Assembly: GCF_001194135.2 (NCBI RefSeq)
Contig: NC_068981.1
Coordinates: 125,332,422-125,396,421 of the forward strand
Direction: 5' to 3'
DNA length: 64,000 bases
From: Octopus bimaculoides
Lineage: Eukaryota
The notes under the pieces are model-generated. The model had not been told where the DNA came from. It was given only the letters and a program-made list of their open reading frames with translations, and searched no databases. Of the stretch, positions 24,652-36,644 are shown in pieces (positions within the stretch are counted from its first letter, which is position 1; each line of letters opens with the position of its first letter). Position numbers and translations under genes: made by a program.

Positions 24652-25041
24652 TAGCCTGAGATATGGCTCTGTGGTTAAGAAACTAGCTTGGCAGTCATGT
24701 GGTTTCAGGTTCATAGTGCAGCACATTGGTCAAATGACTTCTTCTATAGCCCTGGACCACCAATGCCCTGAGAATGGATTTGGTGAACAGAGACTGTGTG
24801 GAAGCCCATCATGTATATATTATATATATACTGACTGGCCATCGTGCCAGTGGCACGTAAAAGCACCCACTACACTCTCAGAGTGGTTGGTGTTAGGGAG
24901 GCATCCAGCTGTAGAAACTCTGCCAAATCAGATTGGAGCCTAGTGTAGCCATCTGGTTTCACCAGTCCTCAGTCAAATCGTCCAACCCATGCTAGCATGG
25001 AAAGCAGACGTTAAACGATGATGATGATGATGATGATGATG
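24652..25041 (+). mobile_element. SINE with family A head and family D (RTE-type) tail
   Basis: Head ggctctgtggttaagaaac..., then (TA)n, then gtgccagtggcacgtaaaagcacccactacactc...catgctagcatggaaagcagacgttaaac(GAT)n. Confidence 0.75.
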
Positions 25042-25274
25042 TGTGTGTGTATGTCTTTGTGTTTATCACCCCACCACCACTTAACAACCAGTTTTGGTTT
25101 GTTTACATCTGCATAATTTAGCAGTTTAGTATAAAAGAGAAAGATAAAATAGGTATCAGATTTAAAAGTAAGTACTGCAGTTGATTCAGTCAACTAAAAC
25201 CCTTCAAGTTGGTGCCCTAGCATGGCCATAGTCTGATGACTGAAACAAGCAAAAGATATAAATAAATATACAAC

Positions 25275-25460
25275 TGCAGTGTGGAAGGTGTTTATAAGCC
25301 ATTTAAAAACACACAAAAACCATTAGATTCACTTCAACATTTAAATTTAATTTGCCAAAATATTTTTGTCGCTTTGAAACCACGACCTGATCACTGTCTG
25401 AAGTGAATCTAATAATATTTTTGTGTTTTTAAATGGTTTATAAACACCTTCCACACTGCA
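25275..25460. mobile_element. Palindromic MITE-like element with ~62-bp inverted arms
   Basis: tgcagtgtggaaggtgtttataagccatttaaaaacacacaaaaaccattagattcacttca (25275-25336) versus tgaagtgaatctaataatatttttgtgtttttaaatggtttataaacaccttccacactgca (25399-25460). Confidence 0.75.
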
Positions 25461-25937
25461 ACTGTTTTTGTTTCAGCACACAATCTCAGATCAGGTCACT
25501 TGCTATGGAAGTACATCTCCAAAATATATATATCTATATATATGTATACATATACACACAGGCACACACACACATATATATACATAAACACACAAGTTCA
25601 TAACTTTACAGATATTTAGCTGAACAAATGAATAGAGATGCAAGCAGTTTCATGGTGAGGCTCTTTTGTTTCTTTGACAGCATGTACATATATTCAAAAC
25701 ATAGAGTTGCTGCCAAATGAATTCCCAGCAGCATATCTTAAGTATAAAACTGCACAAGTTTGAATGTTTTTATTCTTTCATTTGAGCTTGCTTTACAACA
25801 CTGCTGCGATACTGAGATGAAGCAGTTTGTTTTTCCTTGAGATTCATTTGAGAAAATTGAGAGAGAATATGATTTAATGATGTGAATATACTTCAGTACA
25901 ACAGCATAAATGTGTGTGTGTGTGTATATGCATGTAT

Positions 25938-25986
<49 letters not shown>

Positions 25987-26811
25987 AAGAATATACACAC
26001 ACACACACTATATATATATATATACATAACATTGTTTTATTCTCATTTTCATGTGGTGTTGTATTGGTAATATTTAAACAGCTTTGAAACTAACAATAAA
26101 GCAAATTAATTCATCAAGTATGAATTAAGATTTATTTTCTGTATGTCTGTATATCATTTCTTTCCACAATCCTAGGGGAAACATTAAAAAAAAAATCATG
26201 TATTTTCTACTTGTTTACAAACTGTTTCTATTCAGAATCTGTGATCAGGACTTTAAACAATTTGAATCTATGCAATCAGTTGAATAGTTTGTTTAATCTA
26301 GTGGAACTGACTGGTGCAATAAAATTGTCCATATATTAAGTAATCAAACCATAGGCAAACAGCTGCTTCTGACAGGATCCTCTGCACTGCGGTGAGATGT
26401 ATGTTTGAGGACTCAGGTCCCAAGAGTCTTGCAGGAATTGTGGGCTGAATGGATGGATGGAATGATGGATGGACGGAGTAACCAAGTAAGGCATTAAGTA
26501 TAACAAATGTTGCTATAACTTAATTAACGAGGAAGGATCTATCAAGCTTATAAAGAAGCTTTGATGAGCAATGAGCCAATAAAAGAACATATATGTCGTT
26601 GCTTAAGCTGCTACAAAAAAGAAAAAAAAGGAAAAAACAAAACATCTTTTAAAATCACATCCAACCAACTTAAAAATGAGGTACATATTAGATAACAAGT
26701 GTTCTTATGCTGGTTATTATAATCACAATGTTTTGGATATTGTATCCTTTAGCCTTCTTCGGGTGCCATTGTAGTCAATAATGTTCTCAGAATATGAAAC
26801 CAAACCTATTA

Positions 26812-27044
26812 CTAACCCTTTAGCACTCAGATTATTCTATCAAATGTAATGCTTATTTATTCACATCGTTTTCAATTTATCCTGCGTTATCTTGTAGCCT
26901 TGAGATTTCAATTATGTCACTGTATATTTTTTAGACTAACATTGTAGGGTCAGTGTGAGAGGCAGGATCTTTTTGGCCAGTTTAAACATAAAACAGGTAG
27001 AACATTTTGGCCAGATATGACCGGTTTAAATGTTAAAGTGTTAA
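26812..27044. mobile_element. TTAA-type MITE, inverted copy of 12554-12783
   Basis: ctaaccctttagcactcagattattc ... ggtttaaatgttaaagtgttaa. Confidence 0.7.
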
Positions 27045-28132
27045 ATCCACAAGAGTAGATTGCTCTCATTTTGTAGTCCATTCCAGGAATATTCTCCTTA
27101 TTAGATAATCTGTTACTTGTTGTGCTTCAGCTAGATTATATACAACTTGATTAACCCAGACTTTCAATTCATGTCCACTAGCTAAGATACTAAACTTATT
27201 ATTCAGTACCCTATTGTACAAAAGGACAATTAGGTAGAGAAAATTAGGAGCTGTAAACTTAACTTTTTTTATGGTTGTATGTTAAATGTTTTTTCCTTTC
27301 TTAATACAAAGCAAGATGGTCCAATGCTTAATACATGTGACTATAACAACTATGACATGTACACTAGTCTGAATATATTAATTTACAAGAACAATTCTTT
27401 GACTAAACTTCCATGTGTAGTTAAGAAGCTCAATTTCCAACAAGTTCAGTCCCACTGTATGGCACCTGAGGCAAGCATCCTCTACAATAGACCATGGCCA
27501 TTCAATGCCTTGTAAGTTTGGTAGGCAGTGTGTGTATGTGCATACATGTGTGTGTGTGTGTGTGTGTGTGCGTGTGTGTGTGCATGTCTCTCTCTCTCTC
27601 TCGCTTTGTACTGGGNNNNNNNNNNTTCAATTAACCAATTCAAGGCAGTGCCCCAGTATGGCCACAGTCCTATGACTGAAACAAGTAAAAGATAAAAGAT
27701 AAGAAATTCAAACAAAAAACGCATAATGTGTCTGAATGAAGAATGAGACAGCTACAGATGGAATACAGTTGATGACAGGTGTACACAATCAGGGCTTATC
27801 TAGAGCTAAATAACAAAAACATCAACAATCAATAAACTAGCCAAAACCTTGATGCCACTTTCAAACAGGATGACCAAGTAGAAACTGCCAGCACTATAAT
27901 GCTATATTCAGACTAGAAGAGAAAGTTGTACCTTGTAAGGTTTGGCTGACTAAATATTAGGCTAATATCAGCCTTAGATTTTATAACAGAACATTAATTG
28001 ACTGGTAGTCTAATGCCAGAGTGAGTTCTAAAGATACACCTGCAGCTAACTAGTAGACCAACACTATTTTCAAAATGAATAGAGTCGTAGATAATCATAG
28101 TATGCAACTACTTTTGGACTGCATGTGTGTGT

Positions 28133-28179
<47 letters not shown>

Positions 28180-30072
28180 GAGAGAGGATGGGAGAAACTA
28201 TCTTCAAAAGGGCCTCTAACAGAGTTAGAGACAGAGATTGGGAGAGGACTTATAACATTTTACTTGTTTCAATTATTGGACTGTGGCCATGCCGGGACAC
28301 CACCTTGAAGAGCTTAGTCAAACAAATCAATCCCATAACTTATTTTTAAGCCCACCATATACATATACGTGTGTGTGTGTGCACATGTGCGTGCGTGTGT
28401 GTGTGTGGCAGGTTTCTTTCAGTTTTCATCTTCCAAAATTTACTTGCAAGGCCAAGGACTATAGTAGAAGACACTTGCCATGTAGTGGGGCTGAACCCAA
28501 GACCACTCAATAAAGAAGTAAGCTTCTTAACCACAAAATTGCTAAAAACTTTTCAAAAGTACTAATCAGGTAACTTTGAAAGTGAATTAACACACATATT
28601 TCACAGTTGAAGGATTTTACATATTAACAGAACATTCCGGGCAAAATATCTTGTGGAGATGGAATATGTCATGAGAGATTTGTTACTGAATTTTTGGCAG
28701 GATATCAATACAGGAACATGACAATAAATTGGTTTGTGTAATAAAAGTTATTTTAGAAATTGTTTTAGATCTTATGAAGATAACTAATTCTAGACACCTC
28801 TTAATTGGTTCTTTTATATCAGTAAGAATCAGCATTATACTAACAGTGTTTCTTTGGCACTTTCTGTATTAATCTGACTGTCATACGTTAATTATTATTT
28901 CCTTTCTAATATTAAAGTCAGAGTGACAAGAATTAGCAAGCTAGCTTTATTAATAAAGTAAACAGCAGGATCTGGGGAAGCTAGTGGTGTTCTTTGTTGT
29001 GAATATGAATAGTAGAACAGTGAAATAAATTGACTCACTATGGGGAAGACAGAAAGTCTAATGACTCAAACAGAAACTTAAACCCTTTAACACGTTTTCT
29101 CAATATGAATATTAGTTGAAGAACTAATAAAAGAAAGCTTAGATGAAAATAAGTCAAGTTGTTTCAACAGCAAGTATTAGAGTTACTAAATTAACTACAG
29201 CCTAATGAGCTGATGCTAGTGAAACCTCTATACACTCACCCTACCTGTTAGACTCCACATTTGTATTGAGTCCTCTATCAGATAATGTTCAATCTTTTGT
29301 TTCATTTAACATGTTCTCCATGCTAGCCTGGCTTTAGATTAAAATAGATTTCAATGCAGGATTTTTATGGCTGGACGCACTACCTGTTGCCAACCTGCAT
29401 CTATTTTTCAAATAAAGGAATTTTTATTTCAGAGAAATATCTGTGCCGAGTTAGTTGCATACTTCACTGGATGCAGCTCAATCACAATATCCACAATATG
29501 TTTAAAGATGAGCTGCAAACAGTGACATCACTATCTGTACCTAAGTTAGCAAAGTTTTGCAAACATTTACATAAATGTATGAGTGCATACACACAGATAC
29601 ATATGTGACATATCTGACAAGCTTCTTTCAGTTTCTGAGCACAAAATTCCTTCAGACATTGGTTGTCTCAGGGCTGTAGTAGACAACACTCACTCATGGT
29701 ATCATGCAGTGGGACTGAACTCAAGGCTATGTGGTTAAAAGCAGCATTTTTAACCACAGAGCCAATTGTTGCTTTAAGGAGATTTTTAAAACAATTCAAA
29801 TAAATACAGTAATCTATTTTCTTTATTAATATTTAGACAATTTAGCCAAGATAGTTTTTCCTTCTAATTTACAATGTCTTCTTGATATTCGGTCAGGAAA
29901 TTATTGTTTTAATGCTTGCAAATACTGAATGAATTTGTCAAGGCCCAAAGAGACTTAAATTTTATTTACCAAAATGTGACAAAAGTATATCAAAAGACCA
30001 AGTCAGCAATGGTACTTAAAATTATATTCATATTTGTATTTTATACTGCAGTACTGTAGTCAGAGACTGCTA

Positions 30073-30935
30073 CGAGAGAGGGTTGAAAAGTTCACAGGCT
30101 GACTATCGAGGAGTGATGTTGGAGCTGTGAAGTCTTGGATGCACTAATTTCAGCTTTTTTATTAAATGCTACATTGTTTCTTTTGAGGTTAAATGACATC
30201 TGACTGTTCAAAGAACAGTGACTTCTCTTGAAAATGTACAAAATTTGACATTGCAGTGCTACAAGCTAACTACAGAAAAATGGTTTAGCCCCAAAGGAAA
30301 TTCATGTTGACATGGCTGCTACATTAGGAGATGATGTTCCAACTTTATCAACAGTGCAAAAGTGTGAAGATGAATTTAGGAGGGGAAAGGAGAGTCTTGA
30401 AGATGATCCGACATCTGGACATCTTGAAACTGCCACCACCAAGAAAAATACATGTTCACTACAAGGGGAAGGATGACAGGCAATTGACTATAAATCAAAT
30501 AAACAATGCTATTAGTATATCCTGTGAGAGAGTTAAGAATATTTTGCACAATGAACTTGGTATGATGAAGGTTTCTGCACAGTGGGCGCCACATCTTCTG
30601 ATACCTGATCAAAAGTACACCAGTCTGATCACATCATGGGAAAATCTGACATTGTTTGAAGCAGATCCAGCTGGTTTCTTTGAACGTTTCCTAAGCCAAG
30701 ATGAGTGTTGGGTTCAACACTTTGAGTCAGAGACATTCCATGTAACAGAAACACCCCTCCTCACCTGCTCCAAAAAAGGCCAAAGTTGTTTCATCTGCAG
30801 GGAAGGTGATGGCCTCAGTTCTTGGGGATGTAAAAGGTATTGTGTTTATTGACTATCTTTAAAAGGGCCACACTGTCAATGGGGAGTGCTATGCCAACTT
30901 GCTGAGGCTGTTACAAAAGGCTATAAAGATCAAAT
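30073..30935 (+). mobile_element. Mariner transposon fossil (5' TIR plus N-terminal and first catalytic part of the transposase), 3'-truncated
   Basis: TA|CGAGAGAGGGTTGAAAAGTTC TIR. Peptide ...ILHNELGMMKVSAQWAPHLL (WVPHxL motif), FLSQDECWV (first D), then shifted frame KKAKVVSSAGKVMASV...GIVFIDYL*KGHTVNGECYANLL. Ends at a (CA)n tract. Confidence 0.9.
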
Positions 30936-30954
30936 ACACACAAACACACACACA

Positions 30955-30996
<42 letters not shown>

Positions 30997-31174
30997 CGTA
31001 TATATATATTAAAATATTAAAGCAGAAAAGAAAAGGTGAACAGTTTGGCAGGACTTGATAAGGACATTTCATTTAGCTAAATAACAAACGTTTACTAAGT
31101 GCATAGCTATTAGTTTGAGTCACCATGATGAAAACTCATTGTATCCTTTTACATATATATATACATACACACAC

Positions 31175-31233
<59 letters not shown>

Positions 31234-31249
31234 CAATATATATATAATA

Positions 31250-31441
31250 TAATAAATGCGCCCTTTTAAAGCCTAGCCAGGCTCATGGGCCCAGTTTTCC
31301 GGTTTTTATAGCGCATGTGTTCCGCAGCTGGACAGGATGCCAGTCCATCGCAGCATTACTCAATTTTTGCCAGCTGAGTGGACTGGAGCAACATGAAATG
31401 AAGTGTTTTGCTTAAGAACACAACGCGTCACCCAGTCCAGG
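31250..31441 (-). mobile_element. SINE family C
   Basis: ...ccagtccatcgcag...actcaatttttgccagctgagtggactggagcaac...aagtgttttgcttaagaacacaac; inverse of the 48051-48295 copy. Confidence 0.75.
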
Positions 31442-32699
31442 NNNNNNNNNNNNNNNNNNNNNNNNNNNNNNNNNNNNNNNNNNNNNNNNNNNNNNNNNNN
31501 NNNNNNNNNNNNNNNNNNNNNNNNNNNNNNNNNNNNNNNNNNNNNNNNNNNNNNNNNNNNNNNNNNNNNNNNNNNNNNNNNNNNNNNNNNNNNNNNNNNN
31601 NNNNNNNNNNNNNNNNNNNATATATATATATATATATATATATAGGGCTGACCAAAGCCTTGTGAGTGGATTTGGTAGGCAGAAACTGAAAGATGCCTAT
31701 CATATATATATATATGTGTATATATATATACATATACATACAAAAATACCCTGTTGTTGATGTAGTAATTCCAATGAAGGAGCCTTGGATCTCAGTTAGA
31801 AACTAGCTCTTTCTCTATTGACAAGAAATCTTGAAATAAAACTGAGTCACACACACACACATACACACATAACAAATAAACTGGTGCACTGAACAAAAAA
31901 AATCCTGTACATACTCTGGTCAAACTAGAGATAAGTTTGACCACAATTAGAGATGTTAGTATTCACAAAATAAAAATAAAATAAAATTGCAGGATATGAA
32001 TTATTATAAAAAATAACATAAAGAATGACATATATATATATATAGCAACAAATTCTTCAATTCCTAGGAAATTACGAAAGTTTCAAACCTGATTAAATAA
32101 AGCAAGGTTATGTTATTACACAGGTAATTGACCATTGTTATAATTTCCTCTCAACTACAACTGCAGGCATTCACTAACATAAGTGGGATGATTTAATGCT
32201 TCTTTTCTCTCTCTTTATATGTTTGCTGTTTATTTTGTACAAATATTTCCATTCTAATTCTTTGAAAAGTTTTAAATAAGAAGCACCTATCACTTTATAT
32301 CACTGCACATTTCCTTGTGGCATTCCTTCTTCACATGAAGCTAAAGAGGTCTTCTGATACAAGACAGAAGAAATAGATTTTATGAAGAGGTTAATCTTAT
32401 CAAACTTGATGCTACATCTTTCATTCGCCAATTAAATATGAGTGAAAGAGGGATCTTCTATGCAGCTGCTTGACCGACAAGAAATAGTGACCAAATTTCC
32501 CTCTATTCATACATTAATGTCCCAAAAAAGAAGGACACATTGACAACGTATGATGCATCAAAGCTAAATGACAACACAATAGCTTATTAAACATCAAATG
32601 AGAAGACACTAGATTCCTTGAGAATGGTGACTGTGGTCTTTGCAGCAATATAATTGACCATATTATCCCTCTAAAATGTGTGACTCTCTGCCTATGTTG

Positions 32700-33250
32700 T
32701 TGTTATTATTATTATTATTATTGTTCAGTAGTTTTATTTTTATAACGTGCTTTCACTTCACTACCGAGCGCAGCTCTGTGTGCCTTGGGTATGTGCTGTG
32801 ATGCTCTTATGGTTACTGTATTGAAAGTGCTTTGCATAGGATGTGTGCTGTGCCCAGTAGTGCAACTTTCTGTTTGTTATATATATTTGTAAGTCCTGAT
32901 GTTTTTGTTATGTATTTGTCTGAATTTTTTTTATTATACCTAAGGCACCTACTATGATAGGAATTGTATCTGTTTTTAGATTCCACATTCGAGTTACCTC
33001 TATTTCCACGTCTTTGTATTTTGAAAGTTTTTCCATTTCTTTTAGGGAAACGTTGTCATCTGCTGGTATTGATACATCAATTAGAAAGCATTTTTTCCTT
33101 CATGATCTTTGACAACTATATCTGGTCTATTGGCCTTAATTTCTCTATCTGTGTGCATTGGCATATCCCAGAGTATGGTTGCTTTCTTGTTTTCTGTGAC
33201 CTTTTCTGGCGTGTGTTTATACCATCTTTTTTCTGTTGTTATTCCATATT
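32700..33250 (-). mobile_element. 3' end of an R4/Dong-like non-LTR element (restriction-like endonuclease domain and 3' UTR)
   Basis: Minus reading (L)WDMPMHTDREIKANRPDIVVKDHE...FLIDVSIPADDNVSL..MEKLSKYKDVEIEVTRMWNLKTDTIPIIVGALGII...KVALLGTAHIL, i.e. the PD...D/E..K RLE motif. Flanked by (TAA)n on both sides. Confidence 0.85.
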
Positions 33251-33284
33251 ATTATTATTATTATTATTATTATTAAAGTGGTAA

Positions 33285-34940
33285 GCTGGAAGAATGATTA
33301 TACTATCAGACAAAATGCTTAGCAACATTTAAATCCATCTGTACATTCTGAGGTTGACTTTGCCTTTCATACTTTCGAAATCAATTTAAAAAAGCTCCAT
33401 TGAATACCAGTATTGATGTAATTGACTAAAGCTCATGCCTGCAAATTTCAGGCCTTGTGCCTATGGAAGAATGAATTATAATTGTTATTATTATTATTAT
33501 TATGCTTTTAATCTGTGTGTTTGATGCAGTTACTTGCTGGGTCATAAACCCAGCAACCTAAGGCAAGTAAAGGTTAAGAGATGCTTAGATGTAATTGAAA
33601 GTTTGGGGAGAGGAAGTGGAAGACAATACAGGAATACATTCATATAATACAACATAGCATAAGACATTTAATTTGGAAGCATTTTTTTAAGGATGTAAGC
33701 AGTACTTGTCAACACAGTCTTATTATGAAGACGAAAGCAGCACCAAAAGAGTGAATTTTCTAATTCAGTTTTGTCAAATTTTTAGTGAACAGACAGAATT
33801 GATATATTTGTGTTAATTATTCATTTTACATCCTTATATACCGAAGACCTACAAGACTCCATTCTGCCATTTATACCTCCAGGGTTAGCAACACAAGTAC
33901 CAGTCAAGAGTAGCAAGTGATAAAACTGATTACACTTCTCCCCCAAACTTGTGGCTCTGAACCAAAAAATAGAAATTAATATTTCTTATTGTTGTTGCTG
34001 TTGCTGTTGTTGTTATCATCATCATTATTACTATTAAGGCAAAAGCGGGAAGCTGGCAGAGTCATTAGCATGCCAAGCAAAATGCTTAGTGGTATTTCAG
34101 CTGTCTTTACGTTCTGAGTTCAAATGCCGCTGGGGTCAACTTTGCCTTTCATTCTTTTGGGGGTCGATGAATTAAGTACCAGTTGCATACTGGGTCAATC
34201 TAATTGACTGGCCCCCTCCCCCAAAATTTCACTCCTTGTGCTTCGAGTAGAAAGGATTATTACTATTAAAGCAACAAGCTGGCAGAATTGTTAGCTTGCC
34301 AGACAAAATGCTGAGCAGCATTTTCTTCAAGCTTACATTCTGAGTTCAAATGTTGCTGAACTCAACTTTATCGTTCATCCTTCCAGGGTTGATGAAATAC
34401 GTACCCGTTGAGCACTGGTGTGGATGTAATCGACTAGCCCCTTTCCCCAGCATCAAAGAAAATGCCTTTCAGTATTCATCCAAGTTCATTATGTTCAACT
34501 CATGAAAGGTGAATGTGACTGCAAAGTCAACTTTGCCTTTCTCCCTTTCAGGGTTGATAAAATAGAATACCAGTCGAGTATTGGGGGTCAAAGTTATTGA
34601 CTTATCCCCTCCTTTTAAGATTGTATCTAAATTAAAAACACTTGCCATTTCTTCTGGCTTTATGTTCTGAGTTCAAATTCTGCCTTTCATCCTTTTGGAG
34701 TTGAATAATCAAGTACTAGTCAAGAACTAGGGTTGATGTAATCAACTAAAACTCTCCACAAAATTTCCACGTTTTGTGTCTATATAAGAAAGAATTATTA
34801 AACATAGTAAGCTGGAAGTTTCATTAGTATGTCAGACAAAATGCTTAGTGGCATTTCATCCATCTTTACATTCTGAGTTCAAATTCCACCAAGGTCAACT
34901 TTACCTTTTGTCCTTTTGAGGTCAATGAAGTAAGTACAGT
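33285..34940 (+). mobile_element. Head-to-tail cluster of at least six SINE family B copies and fragments
   Basis: Copies start near 33285, 33800, 34050, 34270, 34640 and 34800, often right after (TTA)n tracts. Confidence 0.75.
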
Positions 34941-35780
34941 CTGTAAAGCAGTTGGTGATAGGAAGGGCATCGAACCACAAAAACCATGTCAAAATTGATC
35001 AAATGAGCAAGGCGAGATTCCTAACTTGTCTAAGAAATCAGGAACCTTGTGTAAGAACTGACTTGGAGTGCATCGACCCATCCAACATATACCAGCATAG
35101 TAAAATTATGATAGTAAAATTATAATTATGTCTTACAAAGATTTATATTTACTAATTTACATACATTTTACTATGTTAGCTCAGAATACCTGAGCTGCCA
35201 GAAGGCTATATATTTCAATACTCTATTACTAGTAAAGCAATGTGTACAGGGAAAATACTTAAAACTCAAAAGACTTTGACCATCTAATTGTAAATAGCTA
35301 CCTCAAGACAAGAAAAACTCTGTCCTAAAAACAACAATAAACCTGTAAAACTGAAAATCATTCTAAAATCCAATGAGAAAACCTCTATGCAATTACCTGA
35401 CCTGTTAGAAATAGCTGTCAAATTTCCTCAAATCAAATTCTACCATTTTAAATATATTGGACAAAGTAATTTGTGATGTACTAAAAGAAAAGGAAAAGAC
35501 AGGACAATTACAGCCAGAATGCTTTTAATCTGAAAGAAATTGTATTGCCACATACTTATGTTTTTGTTGTTTAGCCCAAGGACAGCCCTGATCAAGTAGA
35601 CATATGATTGGAGGAACTCCAGCCATAACCATACCACATTTTTAGGGATATCTGGGAGCTGCATTAGCCAATGTATACTTCCTGTTTTAGGGAAAGAGAA
35701 ATGGTATGAGGAAGATTTAGCAGCTGTTTGTAGTGGGTTGAGTAACTGAGAAGACAGGCCTTCATTGGCTCATATGTACA

Positions 35781-36160
35781 TATAATAATAATAATAATCC
35801 TTTCTATAATAGGCACTAGGTCTGAAATTATGGGGAAAGGGGCTAGTTGGTTACATCAACCCCAGCGTGTAACAGGTACTTATTTCAGCGACCCCAAAAG
35901 GATGAAAGGCAAGGTTGACCTTGGCGGAATTTGAACTGAGAACGTAAAGACGGATGGACATGTCACTAAGCATTTTACCTGGCATGCTTCATCCGTCTTT
36001 ATGTTCTGAGTTCAAATTCCACCGAGGTCGAGTTTGCATTTCGTCCTTTTGGGATCAATAAAAGAAGTACCAGTCAAGCACTGGGGTTGATGTAATTGAC
36101 TTACTCTTCCCCAAAAATTGCTAACCTTGTGCCAAAGTTTGAAATCATTATTATTATTAT
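35781..36160. repeat. Head-to-head fold-back of two SINE-B copies
   Basis: Left arm ...ccttggcggaatttgaactgagaacgtaaagacggatgga (to 35958); right arm ttcatccgtctttatgttctgagttcaaattccaccgagg... (from 35988); ~29-nt spacer. Confidence 0.85.
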
Positions 36161-36257
36161 GATAATGATGATGAACTTGTATGAAGTGCTCAGGTGTATT
36201 TCATTGACAGCACATAAACGGTTTCCTTTTCCATATAACCTAAAGCTCACTAAGTAT

Positions 36258-36644
36258 GTTGTTGGCACTCTGTCGGTTACGACGTCGAGGGTTCCAGTTG
36301 ATCCGATCAACGGAACAGCCTACTCGTGAAATTAATGTGCAAATGGCTGAGCACTCCACAGACACGTGTACCCTTAACGTAGTTCTCGGGGGAGATTCAG
36401 CGTGACTCAGAGTGTGACAAGGCTGGCCCTTTGAAATACAGATACAACAGAAACAGGAAGAAAGAGTGAGAGAAAGTTGTGGTGAAAGAGTACAGCAGGG
36501 TTCGCCACCATCCCCTGCCGGAGCCTCGTGGAGCTTTAGGTGTTTTCGCTCAATAAACACTCACAACACCCGATCTTGGAATCGAAACCGCGATCTTGTG
36601 ACCGTGAGTCCGCTGCCCTAACCACTGGGCCATTGTGCCTCCAC
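36258..36644 (-). mobile_element. Full-length tRNA-Arg-like SINE
   Basis: Reverse complement of 39467-39850. A box TGGCCCAGTGG, B box GTTTCGATTCC. Possible TSD taagtat (36251 / 36650). Confidence 0.9.

Noticed and set aside
25233-25245. CTGATGA-CT-GAAA hammerhead-like string
   Set aside because: No room for stem II; it is a chance variant of the SINE-A tail (aaatgactgaaac).
30331-30852. 173-aa ORF as a SETMAR-like host gene
   Set aside because: Frameshifted before and after, in-frame stop downstream, catalytic triad incomplete and truncated by a microsatellite: a mariner fossil.
31360-31743. Long ORFs in several frames across 31.4-31.7 kb (also 40558-41194)
   Set aside because: They are runs of N translated as X.
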